64,000 nucleotides of DNA from an uncultured Methanosarcinaceae archaeon. Its GTDB lineage: Archaea > Halobacteriota > Methanosarcinia > Methanosarcinales > Methanosarcinaceae. The notes under the pieces were generated by a model. That model did no database searches. It was not told the origin of the DNA and saw only the letters and a program-made list of their open reading frames with translations. The stretch spans positions 32,001 through 96,000 of the forward strand of contig CAVRJG010000053.1 in the NCBI GenBank assembly GCA_963721455.1, written 5' to 3'. Below are positions 1 to 11,128 of the stretch, one piece after another (the first letter of the stretch is position 1; the number at the start of each line of letters is the position of its first letter). Made by a program: the position numbers and the translations under genes.

Positions 1-88
1 TTAATCTGAAACTTTTGAAAACAAGGGAGTTTAGTTCAGGGGTTGTTTTACTTAACTAACAGCCTGAAACAAAGGAGGTAAGCAATAA

Positions 89-595
89 ATGACAAAAGCA
101 AATCAAGATGCTGGGGAGCTGGAGCTTGTCAGTACGCGAATCTTTGACGCGCCGCGGAAGCTTGTTTGGAAGTATTGGATCGATCCCGAGTATTTCATGC
201 GCTGGTGGGGACCAAAAGACTTCACTGCGCCTGTCATCAAGATCGATTTCCGCGTGGGTGGCAAGTATCTTTGGTGCATGCGCTCGCCCGAGGACCAGGA
301 TTACTGGAGCACAGGCATCTATCGCGAAATTGTCGAGCCGGAGCGGATCGTCTACACCGATTCGTTTTCGGATGCGGAAGGTAACGTGGTCCCGGCTTCG
401 CACTACGGAATGAGCGGAGACTGGCCGTCAGAGTTACTGGTGACTGTAACGTTCGAAGAACATGAAGGTAAGACCAAGCTCACCCTGCAGCATGTCGGTA
501 TCCCGGAGGGCGAAAATCGCGAACTGGCTAAGGCTGGCTGGAACGAATCCCTCGACAAGCTTGCCGAAGAGCTGGAAAAGGAGAAATCATTATGA
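89..595 (+). CDS. SRPBCC (Aha1/AHSA1-START-like) domain protein
   Basis: [28 protein letters not shown] pattern; strong SD GGAGGT upstream. Confidence 0.85.
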   Translation: MTKANQDAGELELVSTRIFDAPRKLVWKYWIDPEYFMRWWGPKDFTAPVIKIDFRVGGKYLWCMRSPEDQDYWSTGIYREIVEPERIVYTDSFSDAEGNVVPASHYGMSGDWPSELLVTVTFEEHEGKTKLTLQHVGIPEGENRELAKAGWNESLDKLAEELEKEKSL

Positions 596-1080
596 CAAAC
601 AGCAACAACGCCGCAAAGTTTACGTTTCCGTCGGATCGAGAGATCGTCATGACACGCATCTTTGATGCACCGCGTGAACTCGTGTTCAAGGCGTACACGG
701 ATCCAAATCTTATACCTCAATGGTGGGGGCCGAGAAACCTTACAACCACTGTTGACAAGATGGACGTGAGACCGGGCGGAGCTTGGCGATTTGTACAGCG
801 CGGGCCAGACGACAGTGAGTACGCGTTCAGTGGAATGTATCGCGAGATCGTGCCGCCTGAACGGCTTGTCGACACCTTTGAATTTGAAGGTATGCCGGGC
901 CATGTAATGCTTGAAACGGTAACTTTCGAAGAGCAAGACGGCAAGACGAAGCTGGTGGTCACATCTCTCTTCCAGACGGTTGAGGATCGAGACGGGATGC
1001 TCAAGTCGGGGATGGAGGAAGGGGCGGCCGAAACCATGGACCGCCTTGAGGAGCACATGGAAAAGGAGAAATCATCCTGA
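592..1080 (+). CDS. SRPBCC (Aha1/AHSA1-START-like) domain protein, second paralog
   Basis: [38 protein letters not shown]; ATGA overlap with upstream gene. Confidence 0.85.
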   Translation: MTNSNNAAKFTFPSDREIVMTRIFDAPRELVFKAYTDPNLIPQWWGPRNLTTTVDKMDVRPGGAWRFVQRGPDDSEYAFSGMYREIVPPERLVDTFEFEGMPGHVMLETVTFEEQDGKTKLVVTSLFQTVEDRDGMLKSGMEEGAAETMDRLEEHMEKEKSS

Positions 1081-1339
1081 GAAAGAGCACGATCAACCGG
1101 AAAGATTCCACCCCGGGCTCCTCACAGGAATGGAGAACTTGAAACCCGAAAACCTGGCTGGGACCCCGTGGCAAGAGGAGTACGCCCGGATAGCGCCGAA
1201 TCCGGAAGATTGGCCGACGCTGATCGCCAAGGTAAAGCAACTGAATCTGCATATCCCGGACTGGCCAGCCGAGACAATTCAGGCGATCAAGGCGCCCACC
1301 CTGGCCATAATCGGAGATTCCGATATCGTCCGCCCTTGA
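1081..1339 (+). pseudogene. internal fragment of an alpha/beta hydrolase
   Basis: YARIAPNPEDWPTLIAKV..IKAPTLAIIGDSDIVRP is typical of the C-terminal half of an alpha/beta hydrolase; no N-terminus, and it stops before the catalytic His. Confidence 0.6.
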
Positions 1340-1589
1340 GAGACTCTTAAGCTTCAATAAGATTAACAGACATGCCAGAATGCACTCCTGCAATTAAATG
1401 TGTCTTCCAATCAAGGCAATACCAGAACCTGTTTTGTCTACCTTCAAAATAAATCATGGTTTCGTCAGCATAGAAATTGTTGCCCAGAGTAGGACCTTGC
1501 TTTTCTATAAATTGGTGAGCTTTCCTTTTTCCCTTCTTCGCATACCGACTTGCTACCTATATATACAGGCTCTGCGGATACAATGCCCC

Positions 1590-2309
1590 ATGAGACTGGA
1601 TGCATACCTTGTAGAGATGGGACATTTCAAGTCCAGGGGGCGAGCCAAGACTGCCATTCTTGCCGGAAATGTTAAGGTCAATGGCACGGCGGTAACAAAA
1701 GCCTCCAAGGACGTGTCTACCGATGATGTAATTGAAGTCGCTGAGGGCCTGGACCAGCCCCAGGGTTATTTCAAACTCCAGCTTGTTCAGAAGGAAAGCG
1801 GCATTCTTAAACCGGGAGACAGGGTTCTTGACCTTGGGTCCAGCGCAGGTGGATTTCTCCTTTTTGCGTCAGAGATTGCAGGCCATGTAAAAGGCATCGA
1901 ATTCAGCCGGGACTTCAGGAGCGAACTTGGAAAAATCGCATATGAGAGGGAAAACGTTGAGGTAATGTTCGGAGACGTCTTCACCGTACCCCTGAATCTG
2001 CTTTCAGAAGAGCCCGTAGATGTTATCCTTTCGGACATGACCCTGGAACCTGATGACTCCATTCAGGCTCTTTCGAGAGTGCTGCCCCTGCTTAAAGAAG
2101 GGGGAAAACTGCTTCAGGTCATAAAAATGCCCAAAAAGAAAATCCCTAAGAACATCCTGAACAAAATCGAGAACATGGGGCTTGAAATTCAGCACGTTAT
2201 CAAATCGGAAAAACAGGAAATGTATGTGGTTGCAAGAAAACCCCTGCCCGAAGAGGAAGAGTCGCCTGAAGAGAAAGAATTCAGAGGTATTGAAGAGGAT
2301 GAAGACTGA
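1590..2309 (+). CDS. TlyA-like S4-domain + FtsJ-type RNA methyltransferase
   Basis: MRLDAYLV..SRGRAK..G.VKVNG S4 domain; VLDLGSSAGGF SAM motif; start moved to ATG 1590. Confidence 0.85.
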   Translation: MRLDAYLVEMGHFKSRGRAKTAILAGNVKVNGTAVTKASKDVSTDDVIEVAEGLDQPQGYFKLQLVQKESGILKPGDRVLDLGSSAGGFLLFASEIAGHVKGIEFSRDFRSELGKIAYERENVEVMFGDVFTVPLNLLSEEPVDVILSDMTLEPDDSIQALSRVLPLLKEGGKLLQVIKMPKKKIPKNILNKIENMGLEIQHVIKSEKQEMYVVARKPLPEEEESPEEKEFRGIEEDED

Positions 2310-2970
2310 CGGGATAAAGGGTTCCGAGGGTTCCCTTCCCGAAAAGCCTGCATACATAGAAACGCTGTCAGATTCTTATCCGGATCCAGGGATGGAGATT
2401 TACGGCAGCGGAAAGCCAGTCCGCCTCTTTGTTGCGGGCCTGCACGGGGAGGAATGGAAAGATACAACTGAAATCCTGAAGAGTATCAAGCCTCCTAAAA
2501 ACGGTACTCTGGCCTTAATCCCGCTTGTAGACAGCGGGAAGTACATCTCAACCCTGAACCCCGATTACTATCCCGGAACAGGAAAAAAGATCCTCAAAGC
2601 AATTGAAGAGTTAAAACCTGAAATTTACATCGAACTTCATTCCTATTCCAGGGAAAACATTGAAAAACTAGCAGGAAAGAACAGGCTTGAACTGATAGGA
2701 GTGCCTGCCTATAGCATTCTAAAAGAAGGAGTACTTCTTGGCTCGGTTTCTCCCTGGATCCGGAGAAAGTATTTTCCTAAAGAAGCCCTCTGCCTCTCTT
2801 TTGAACTCCAGAAAGAAAACATAGAATCAAGAAAATTTACCTCCCGCCTGATTGGGGTTCTCAAGGAAACTCAATCAAGGGATGAATTCATTGAATACCT
2901 GAAAAAAGAATTTCCTGTGCAGGCTAAAAAAGCCATTGAAGATTACCGGCAGTTTTACGGAGGAATCTAA
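2299..2970 (+). CDS. DUF2119-like conserved methanogen protein (Zn-carboxypeptidase-like motifs)
   Basis: LFVAGLHGEEW and YIELHSY motifs; overlaps the upstream stop. Confidence 0.7.
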   Translation: MKTDGIKGSEGSLPEKPAYIETLSDSYPDPGMEIYGSGKPVRLFVAGLHGEEWKDTTEILKSIKPPKNGTLALIPLVDSGKYISTLNPDYYPGTGKKILKAIEELKPEIYIELHSYSRENIEKLAGKNRLELIGVPAYSILKEGVLLGSVSPWIRRKYFPKEALCLSFELQKENIESRKFTSRLIGVLKETQSRDEFIEYLKKEFPVQAKKAIEDYRQFYGGI

Positions 2971-3171
2971 TACAGTCCCGAAACTAATACAGTCTCGAAA
3001 TTTGAAGTAAGCTTTTATCCGTGCTCCGCAAAGCCTTCAGTTCGGAATTCGTTTTCAAGAATGCCTGCTCTTTTTCTCGAAGCCTTCAGCGATTTCCCCC
3101 TTGCTTTCGCGGCATTCCGTCCAGAATAACTTGCGTAATTATATGTCTCATAAGTTTATCATAACATAACC

Positions 3172-3255
3172 GCTGGCTTTCATCCCTCTAAGCAGGATAC
3201 CCCTTCCTCAAAATTATGAGCCGTCAGGCGAAGAATTTAGAGTGGAGTAGTTGAC
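3172..3255 (+). mobile_element. probable IS200/IS605-family end remnant (no tnpA/tnpB)
   Basis: GCTTTCATCCC..AAGCAGGATACCCCTTCCTCAA..hairpin..AGTGGAGTAGTTGAC resembles IS605-group right ends; recognised by pattern only. Confidence 0.45.
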
Positions 3256-3340
3256 AGTCCGTGATAGTGAAAGCCGACAATATCTGCTTTATTTCATTTT
3301 TTCCACGCTGGCGTTGATCCTAACCTGATGCGGCCTCTAT

Positions 3341-3543
3341 AACCACAGAAAACGCAGAAGAACACGGAAAACTTATTCCAGGCCTTTAATCATAGAAAAG
3401 CACGGAGAAAAGAGAAAAAATTCACTCCAGCTTTCATAATCACGGAAAATAAGGAAAAGCTCACTCAAATTTCTACAACCACAGAAAACACGGAAGACAC
3501 GGAAAAGCTGTGCCGTGTCTCCGTTATGCTGTATTTTCTGTGC
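3341..3543. repeat. cluster of degenerate ACCACRGAAAA..CACGGA direct repeats with an inverted copy
   Basis: Copies near 3341, 3388, 3438 and 3477; CCGTGTCTCCGT..TTTTCTGTG (~3513-3542) is their reverse complement; lies downstream of the thermosome gene. Confidence 0.6.
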
Positions 3544-3579
3544 TTTCAATTGAATGCGCTTTATTTTAAAAGCTCAGGT

Positions 3580-5223
3580 TTACCTGCGCATGTTAAGCTG
3601 AGGGGCTGACATGCCATCGTAGGTACTTGCCATGTGCTCGGGTTTGACGTCCGGCATGGAGGAACTCTGTGCACGGAGTATATCGTCCACACGGAGCACC
3701 ATTACCGCAGCTTCGGAACCTGCCTTGACGGAGTTGACCTTAACCCTGAGGGGATCAACTATACCTTTCTCAAACATATCTTCTGCAGCGCCTGTGTTGA
3801 CGTTTAAGCCTGCGTTTTTGTTTTCTGCATGCTTTGCCCTTAGGTTCACTATAGAGTTAATAGTGTCAAGGCCTGCATTTCTGGCAATTGTCCTCGGGAT
3901 TTCGTCAAGGGCGTCTGCAAAAGCCCTGATGGCCATCTGCTCACGCCCGCCTATACTGGAGGCATATGAGCGGAGTTCGAGCGCAACTTCTATCTCCGAA
4001 GCCCCGCCGCCTGCAACGACCTTGCCGTCTTCTACCACACATTTCACTACCCTGAGAGCATCATCAATTGCGCGCCCCACGTTGTCAACCACATGTTCGG
4101 TTCCGCCGCGAATGACAATTGATACGGATTTTGCGCCCTTGCAGTCTCTGAGGTAGGTTTTACCCTGGTCGCCGTCCCGGTCCTGCTCAAGGAGCCCCGC
4201 ATGCCCGAGTTCTTTATCAGTCAGTTCCTTGAGATTCCGGACAGGTCTTCCGCCTGTGGCGTCTGCAAGGTGCTGCATGTCCTCACTCTTAACCCTGCGG
4301 GTGGCATAAATTCCCCTGCTCTGCAGGTAGGCTGCGATCTTATCATCCATGCCCTTGGAACAGAAGACAGCATTTGCACCTGCCCTGATAATATAGTCAG
4401 CCATTTCGAAGAGGGCTGCTTCCTCCTGCTTCACAAAACCTTCAATCTCGCCTACTGTGCTGATCTGAAGTTTTGCTTTGTTTGCAGTCTTGGCAACTTC
4501 CATGGGAGTATCGATCAGAGCGATATTGGGGTTCTGAATCCTGAGAGGGAATTCTTTTTCCAGGGCAACCTTATCGATTACAATTCCCTCGACGAACTCT
4601 GTCTCTTCAATCTTGCCGCCGATATCGTTTGTAATGATGATGTTTTTAAGGTCGGCTATTCCCCTCTCGCGAATAGCAAGAACGGCATCCACGCAGAGTT
4701 CAGCAATCAAACGGTTGTATTTTTCAGAAGCCTTGCCCGTAATAGAGGTTCTGGCAACTTCTACAAGCATCTTCTTTTCGTCCTCGCCAGTTGAAACTGC
4801 AAGGTTCTCGAAAATCTCAACAGCCTTATTGGCTGCAAGCCTGTATCCCTTGACAACAACTGTAGGATGAACCCCGCTCTCAATAAGGTTTTCTGCCTTT
4901 TCCAGCAGAGCGCCTGTGAACACAACAGCGCTTGTAGTACCGTCACCTGCCGAGCTTTCAAGCGACTGTGCAACCTCAACTACCATCTTGGCTGCCGGGT
5001 GCTCGATGGACATGTCATGTAAGATGGTAGCACCATCATTTGTGATTGTGATATCCCCAATAGGATTGACAAGCATCTTGTCCATTCCTCTTGGTCCGAG
5101 CGTACTTTTGACTATGCTAGCCACTGCCTTTGCGGCCGCAATATTCATACTGAGCGCTTCTTTTCCTTTTGTCTCCTCTTTCCGAGGATCTATTATTATG
5201 ATTGGCTGGCCACCTTTTTCCAT
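3580..5223 (-). CDS. ths: thermosome (group II chaperonin) subunit
   Basis: [27 protein letters not shown] and GGGASE motifs; 547 aa; subunit type not assignable. Confidence 0.95.
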   Translation of the reverse strand: MEKGGQPIIIIDPRKEETKGKEALSMNIAAAKAVASIVKSTLGPRGMDKMLVNPIGDITITNDGATILHDMSIEHPAAKMVVEVAQSLESSAGDGTTSAVVFTGALLEKAENLIESGVHPTVVVKGYRLAANKAVEIFENLAVSTGEDEKKMLVEVARTSITGKASEKYNRLIAELCVDAVLAIRERGIADLKNIIITNDIGGKIEETEFVEGIVIDKVALEKEFPLRIQNPNIALIDTPMEVAKTANKAKLQISTVGEIEGFVKQEEAALFEMADYIIRAGANAVFCSKGMDDKIAAYLQSRGIYATRRVKSEDMQHLADATGGRPVRNLKELTDKELGHAGLLEQDRDGDQGKTYLRDCKGAKSVSIVIRGGTEHVVDNVGRAIDDALRVVKCVVEDGKVVAGGGASEIEVALELRSYASSIGGREQMAIRAFADALDEIPRTIARNAGLDTINSIVNLRAKHAENKNAGLNVNTGAAEDMFEKGIVDPLRVKVNSVKAGSEAAVMVLRVDDILRAQSSSMPDVKPEHMASTYDGMSAPQLNMRR

Positions 5224-5581
5224 CTAAACCAAAGCCTCCTTAAAATATAATATATGTATCGAAGAACTTTTACTGGATAATTTGAAGTTTTTTTTGGCTT
5301 ACAGTCACTTTTAGCCCGAGATCAGCCTGAAAATGTGATTTCATTAATCGCCTTATCTAAAGCAGTATTTGATCAGGAAATTACTGATAATACTTCTATA
5401 AAAACATACCGGGTATATGTCGATTCTTGAGGATAAAATTCTGTTTCCGCATCAGATTCTGAAATAAAACCGAAAAGGCAGTTATCTGCTGTACTTTCCC
5501 CTTAAGTGCTTTTCTCCTCAAGGGTTATAGAAAGCCTTACCACCTCATGTTTATATTTAGTTCATCAACAATTTTGAGCTG

Positions 5582-6280
5582 TTATTTCCTGACTATCTTC
5601 ACTGATCCGTCTTTTTTCCCTATATAGAGTTCATCCACATTGGAAAAAATCCCATGTTCAACAACCCCCGGAATTGTAGAGAGTTGGAGGGCGAGACTTG
5701 CAGGGTCATTTATTACACCGAAACTCGAATCAAGTACGAAGTTTCCGTTATCGGTTATCACAGGCCCGTCTTTTCTCAGAGCAAGTCTCAGTTCCGGCTT
5801 TCCTCCAAGGTTCCGTATCTTTTTCATCACAAGTTCTTTTGCGAAAGGAAGAACCTCGACTGGCACGACCTTATCAAGCTGCACGCTCGTTTTTGACTCG
5901 TCAGCTACAACCAGAAAACGTTTTGCTGATACCGATACGATCTTTTCCCGAGTATGGGCAGCTCCCCCGCCTTTGATTGCGTACAGATTTGAGTCTATCT
6001 GGTCAGCCCCATCAATAGCAATATCCAGCTCCGGATGCTGGGCAAGGGTGGTCAGCGGGATGCCGGCTTCTATGGCAAGCATTTCGGACTGATATGAGGT
6101 GACAACACCCAGGATTTCGAGCCCTTCTTCCCTGACCCGCCTGCCGAGTTCTTTTATGGTGTATGCAACTGTTGAGCCTGTTCCAAGCCCGACTACCATT
6201 CCCGGTTCTACAGTCCGGGATGCAGCAATGCCGGCTGCACGTTTTTCCGCGGAATCGGCGGATGTATTTCTTTCTTTCAT
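5582..6280 (-). CDS. rpiA: ribose-5-phosphate isomerase A
   Basis: GLGTGST, DGADQID and [11 protein letters not shown] motifs. Confidence 0.97.
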   Translation of the reverse strand: MKERNTSADSAEKRAAGIAASRTVEPGMVVGLGTGSTVAYTIKELGRRVREEGLEILGVVTSYQSEMLAIEAGIPLTTLAQHPELDIAIDGADQIDSNLYAIKGGGAAHTREKIVSVSAKRFLVVADESKTSVQLDKVVPVEVLPFAKELVMKKIRNLGGKPELRLALRKDGPVITDNGNFVLDSSFGVINDPASLALQLSTIPGVVEHGIFSNVDELYIGKKDGSVKIVRK

Positions 6281-6369
6281 GCTATGTTCCCCTCCGGTTT
6301 GAATCCTGAAAAAAGAATCATAAGGTCTGAAACTGGAAAAAAATGTTCAAAATTTAAAAAATGGGGATT

Positions 6370-7704
6370 TCAGGGAGAAAGTCTTCTCCTGTCCCTGGGG
6401 AAGAGCACAGTATCCCTGATATTGTCAGTCCCGAGCATGGTCATGACAAAACGTTCACAGCCCATACCCCAGCCGGCATGTGGAGGCATCCCGTATTCGA
6501 AAGCCTTCAGGTAGAACTCGAAGCCATCAGGGTCCATGCCCTGTGATTCTATCCGGCTCTTAAGCAACTCAGGAATATGAATACGCTGGGCTCCTGAAGA
6601 AAGTTCCATTGTGCGGTGCATCATGTCGAAAGACTTGCTGAATTCAGGCCTGTCTTCATAAGGCATGGCATAGAAAGGTTTAATCTCAGTTGGCCAGTCA
6701 ATGATGAAGTAGTGGGATTCTCCTGTGGTCTCGTAGACGTAATCGCCCACAGTATGCTCTCCGAGAGTGCCAAGATCGTCCCCCCAGTGCATTTGTTCTT
6801 CCGAGCGGGCGTTTATGATTTCTATTACCTCATTATAGGTGAGCTTAAGGAAAGGAGTTTTCGGGACCTTCAGTTCAACGTTGAGAATCTTAAGAGAAGG
6901 CTTACAGTTTTCGATAACCTGGGTGTAGGCGTAAGCCACAAGGTTTTCGAGAATTTCCATTACATCGAAATGGTCGGCGAAGCTGACCTCAACGTCAATA
7001 GAAGTGGCTTCGTTCAGATGCCTGCGGGTATCATGTTCTTCTGCCCTGAAAATCGGGCCGATTTCAAATACCCTGTCAAAACCGCCGCTCATAAGGATCT
7101 GCTTGAAGAGCTGGGGGCTCTGGTTCAAAAAAGCTTCCCTGTCAAAATAGGTGATCGGGAAAAGTGCGGTCCCGCCTTCGGTTGCAGTTGCCACGACCTT
7201 TGGGGTTGCGGTTTCGAGAAATTTGTGTTTTACAAAGTACTCCCTGATAGCCTGGAGAACCTGGTGCCTTATTTTGAAAACCGCAGTTGTCTCGGCTCGC
7301 CTGAGGTCGATAAAGCGGGAGTCAAGCCTGGTATCCAGTTCGGCGTCCACCTTTCCTGTAGTGTCCATTGGCAGTGGAGAGCCTGCAACATTCAGAATGT
7401 TGATCTCTTCAGGAAGCAGCTCATATCCGTTTGGAGCTTTCTCTTCGAATTTGACAGTGCCTGTTACTGTGATCACGGACTCGCGGACAAGTTTTCTTGC
7501 AACATTGAGCAGGTCTTTATCAATTTTTTTCTTTACAAGTGTGACCTGGGCTTTTCCTTCCCGGTCCCGGAGCACCACGAAACAGATCCCACCGAGGTCC
7601 CTGACCTCATAGACCCAGCCTGCAAGGGTGATTTTCTGACCGTCATCAACTTTTTCAGGCTTGACATCGGCTGTATAATGTGTTCTGAGATTTGCTAAAG
7701 ACAT
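6370..7704 (-). CDS. aspS: archaeal-type aspartyl-tRNA synthetase
   Basis: OB fold (AGWV..RDLGG), [18 protein letters not shown] and [13 protein letters not shown] motifs. Confidence 0.97.
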   Translation of the reverse strand: MSLANLRTHYTADVKPEKVDDGQKITLAGWVYEVRDLGGICFVVLRDREGKAQVTLVKKKIDKDLLNVARKLVRESVITVTGTVKFEEKAPNGYELLPEEINILNVAGSPLPMDTTGKVDAELDTRLDSRFIDLRRAETTAVFKIRHQVLQAIREYFVKHKFLETATPKVVATATEGGTALFPITYFDREAFLNQSPQLFKQILMSGGFDRVFEIGPIFRAEEHDTRRHLNEATSIDVEVSFADHFDVMEILENLVAYAYTQVIENCKPSLKILNVELKVPKTPFLKLTYNEVIEIINARSEEQMHWGDDLGTLGEHTVGDYVYETTGESHYFIIDWPTEIKPFYAMPYEDRPEFSKSFDMMHRTMELSSGAQRIHIPELLKSRIESQGMDPDGFEFYLKAFEYGMPPHAGWGMGCERFVMTMLGTDNIRDTVLFPRDRRRLSP

Positions 7705-7795
7705 AAATTCACCTTAATTGGGGGTAAATTAAATAAAAATGTAAGGATGAAGCTGAAACGTAGGTGAATAGTCATAACTCATTATTAATGTATTT

Positions 7796-7872
7796 GTTGC
7801 ACCACCCGAATTGCGCCTCGGGAGTCACGCGTGTCCTTCTCGCTATCGCTCGAGAGGACTAATTTATGGCAG
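7796..7872 (+). repeat. dispersed intergenic palindromic repeat, copy 1
   Basis: GTTGCACCACCCGAATTGCGCCTCGGG..GTCCTTCTCGCT..CGCTCGAGAGGACTAATTTATGG matches the reverse complement of 45886-45970. Confidence 0.8.
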
Positions 7873-8334
7873 TTAAAGTGATTTTCTCCTTTCTCAAGCG
7901 GACTAGCTTATGGGTAAGTTACTTTGTTTTACTTCTCCAGGTTCCTAATTTCTTTTGAATTTTTCAAAGAGTAAGAGCTTGAGGGCAAGTAATGTTTTTT
8001 CGATAGAAATAATCGCTCTAATTTCTGTATTTATAGAGACAAAATTTCGCCGCGCATTCGGTGGCTACTCCTGAAAAATGGAACTGAAATATGCTGAATA
8101 AACTATAGTATGTAATTTTTATGGATATTGTCCACGAATAAACATTAGATAAATATTTATAGCGGTTAAAAGGGTTTTGAAATGTAAACCTTCTTTTTTA
8201 ACGAATTATAATTAGATATCTGAAAGTATGTAAATTTAGAAGATACCTATATATAATGGGACAGAACTCCTGTGCCCTGCACATAACTAATAAGATTTAT
8301 ATTAAAAATTAATAGAAAAGAGGAAGTAAAAATT

Positions 8335-9072
8335 ATACAGATTGTACATCTTTCAGATATTCATTATTCAGATGCATATTTTGTTCCCGAAATTGCAGAT
8401 TCCATGGTGGACAGCATAAACCGGCTGGAACCGGATCTTGTGGTGATTACAGGCGACCTGACAGAAAACGGGTTTTTAGCTGAATATGATGGAGTAAAAC
8501 GGTTTATTGACAGTATCGAATGCGAAAACAAAGTCCTTGTCCCCGGAAATCACGATTCGAAAAATGCCGGCTATCTGCACTTTGAAGACCTTTTCGAGAA
8601 CCGGTTTTCTTCTCAGAGCTTTATGGATGTTACAGTTGTCGGGGCTGACTCTTCACAGCCGGACATTGACGAAGGCCACGTGGGCAGGGAAAACTACGGC
8701 TGGATTAAAGAAGCTTTTTCCGGAGAGAATTTCAAGGTCTTTGCCCTGCACCACCACCTTGTACCTATCCCTCTGGCTGGCAGGGAAAATAATGTCCTTG
8801 TCGATGCAGGGGATGTCCTCGAACTTCTGAACCGCTGCAAGGTGAATCTTGTCCTTTGCGGGCACTGCCATATTCCCTGGGTCTGGAACCTCAATAATAT
8901 GCTTGTAGTAAATGCAGGTACCTTCTGTTCGTCCAAAACCAGGGGAAAGACCACGCAGTGTTACAACCTGATCCAGGCCGAAAATGAAGATTCCGACGGG
9001 AACTGGAAAGTCCGGGTATCCAGAGTCTTTTCAAAGGGAGATCTGGAACTGGTCACTGAAGCGGTAATGTAA
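8335..9072 (+). CDS. calcineurin-like metallophosphoesterase (CpdA/Icc-like)
   Basis: In-frame upstream extension IQIVHLSDIH (motif I) precedes ATG 8404; ITGDLT, PGNHD, LHHH and LCGHCH motifs; start uncertain (ATA 8335 after GAGG). Confidence 0.85.
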   Translation: MQIVHLSDIHYSDAYFVPEIADSMVDSINRLEPDLVVITGDLTENGFLAEYDGVKRFIDSIECENKVLVPGNHDSKNAGYLHFEDLFENRFSSQSFMDVTVVGADSSQPDIDEGHVGRENYGWIKEAFSGENFKVFALHHHLVPIPLAGRENNVLVDAGDVLELLNRCKVNLVLCGHCHIPWVWNLNNMLVVNAGTFCSSKTRGKTTQCYNLIQAENEDSDGNWKVRVSRVFSKGDLELVTEAVM

Positions 9073-9816
9073 TTAGAAATCTTGCTCCTTACCCGGTTGT
9101 ACATTATATCTCGAAACCCGCCATGAAGGAATATTCCCCTCTATGCTTTCAATCTCTCCCCTTTCGGCCAGGTCTTCCAGAATCTCGAGAAGCTCTGTCT
9201 CCCTGATATCCAGCTCATACCTGCCCTTAAACTCTGATATAATCTGGGAGATGTCCAGCGCCCTTCCCAGGATTATCTTCTCTGCAAATCCGGCCAGGTC
9301 CTCATACCGGGCCCAGGGATAGATTATCCAGCGCCATTTGATGACTTTTTGCGCGTAAAAGTCGGGCACAAAAATAGAGCAGGTCTTGTGCTGGAGCACT
9401 GCAGTTCTTACGTCTGCGGGTTTTAGGCTCCAGATGTAGTCTACTGCAAGACGGAGTGTTCCCCCGGTATCTGTTACATCATCAATAATCAGCACTTTTT
9501 TCCCAGTTATATCCACAGAAATGGGGAAGCGAATCCTTGCCTCTGCTCGCATGTCTGCAGCTCTTGTGTAATGCTCAATCTTCATTGAGGTAAGGTCATT
9601 GAAGAGCAAAAAATCGGAAACCAGCCTTCCAGGAACATAGCCTCCCCTTCCTATGGCGACAATCAGGTCAGGAGTATAACCAGAAGCTTTGATTTTTCGA
9701 GCAAGAATTCTGGAAAGCCGCAAAATATCATTAAAACCTATAAGTTCACACCTGAAGGAATCCTTTTCTGCCTGAGAACACCGGGATTGCTGAGACTGTA
9801 TGTTCCTTTCTTGCAT
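9073..9816 (-). CDS. type I phosphoribosyltransferase with C-terminal extension
   Basis: IVAIGRGG, VLIIDDVTDTGGT PRPP-binding motif, WIIYPW. Confidence 0.9.
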   Translation of the reverse strand: MQERNIQSQQSRCSQAEKDSFRCELIGFNDILRLSRILARKIKASGYTPDLIVAIGRGGYVPGRLVSDFLLFNDLTSMKIEHYTRAADMRAEARIRFPISVDITGKKVLIIDDVTDTGGTLRLAVDYIWSLKPADVRTAVLQHKTCSIFVPDFYAQKVIKWRWIIYPWARYEDLAGFAEKIILGRALDISQIISEFKGRYELDIRETELLEILEDLAERGEIESIEGNIPSWRVSRYNVQPGKEQDF

Positions 9817-10234
9817 CAGATAAACCGCCTTCTGCCTGCTTGTTTTGTAGCCTGCGGATAATGCGAATTGATAATTTACCTTAATGCCCTGAAGAGCCGC
9901 TTACTGATATTTCTCAAAAATACTAGCCTGGATTTAAGGGCAGGTATTATTTAAGTAAAATTTAATTTGAGGGATACTTAACAGGGGAAAACTAAGATCT
10001 TTTTCTAACAGGTTTATCAATTTAATGGCTTATTAATTCGTCTGAAAGTTCACTTGATTACCTGAAAATATTTGAATCACGGAAACCATAAATCAAGGTA
10101 TCTTAAAAAGTATCTGAAAAATAAGTAGGGGAGGGGATTGACGAGAATAAAAAAATTTTTGAGAAAATATATTTCAAAGATCTTCTCGCGATTCTTTCAG
10201 AAAAAACAGTAGTCCCGAAAAGGAGTCTCATGCC

Positions 10235-11128
10235 ATGTTTTCAAAGGAAGATAAAATGGTAAATTTAGGGTTCAATTCTATTAATGAAGGGTTTGACGAA
10301 GGAGTGAGCCAGGCCCTTAATTTACTGACAGAAATCGGCACAGGATACCTCAACGAAAGAAGAGAGCCAGAAGCTGAAAAAATGGTGGTTTCCATAAAGG
10401 AAATCGGAAAGGCGGCTGCCCTTCGGGGGATGGAGAACGCAGCAGTCAATGCCATCCGGGCTCTTGAGAAGATGCTGCAGTGTTCCATAGAGCGGAATAT
10501 GCAGGGCGCGACTGTCAGAGTGCTACTGTCATTTGGAGCTATAGGAAAAACGGCTGCCGAACAGCAGCTTGAAATGGTAGCCAAACTTGCAGCATCAGTG
10601 CTTGGGAAAAGCGGGAATACTGCAGCCCTCCTTAAGAGGGAAAGAGAAACCATCGCAGTTGTCATCGGGCTTGGAGAAATCGGAAAAGCGGTTGCAAGGA
10701 TGAAATTTCCCGATATATCGGAAAATACTGCAATATGTATCTCGTGTCTTGGGGATGTGGGAAAACTTACGGCTCAGAAGAGTCTCGAAGAGGCTGCAGT
10801 GGGAGTAGAACTGATGCTCGAAGAGATGGCTGTAGCAGCCATGCAGGAAAACCTTCAAAGCTCGGTAAGAAGTATCGCGACCTCTATTGAAGAAATTGGA
10901 AAAAACGCTGAGGAAGAAAACATGGAAAACGCGGTTTTCCAGGCATCATCCGCCCTCCAGACCATCATGAGCAATGCAGGAAACAGATACCTGAACGACG
11001 CCTCAATTGCAGCTAAGGTTGCCCTTGAGTCCTTCAATGAGCTTGATATAATAAATGATGAAGCTAATATAAAAAAAATAGAAGGAATAAGGGAAATGAT
11101 GAGAGCGCTCTGGATAGATTCAAAATAA
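10235..11128 (+). CDS. hypothetical helical-repeat protein
   Basis: 297-aa ORF with host-like codon use; recurring (L/I)GEIGKAA helical pattern; GGAG SD upstream. Confidence 0.7.
   Translation: MFSKEDKMVNLGFNSINEGFDEGVSQALNLLTEIGTGYLNERREPEAEKMVVSIKEIGKAAALRGMENAAVNAIRALEKMLQCSIERNMQGATVRVLLSFGAIGKTAAEQQLEMVAKLAASVLGKSGNTAALLKRERETIAVVIGLGEIGKAVARMKFPDISENTAICISCLGDVGKLTAQKSLEEAAVGVELMLEEMAVAAMQENLQSSVRSIATSIEEIGKNAEEENMENAVFQASSALQTIMSNAGNRYLNDASIAAKVALESFNELDIINDEANIKKIEGIREMMRALWIDSK

Noticed and set aside
6616-7698. 360-aa plus-strand ORF, and similar long antisense ORFs over ths, cof, fpo, infB and gyrA
   Set aside because: These are shadow ORFs opposite well-supported genes and show no motifs.
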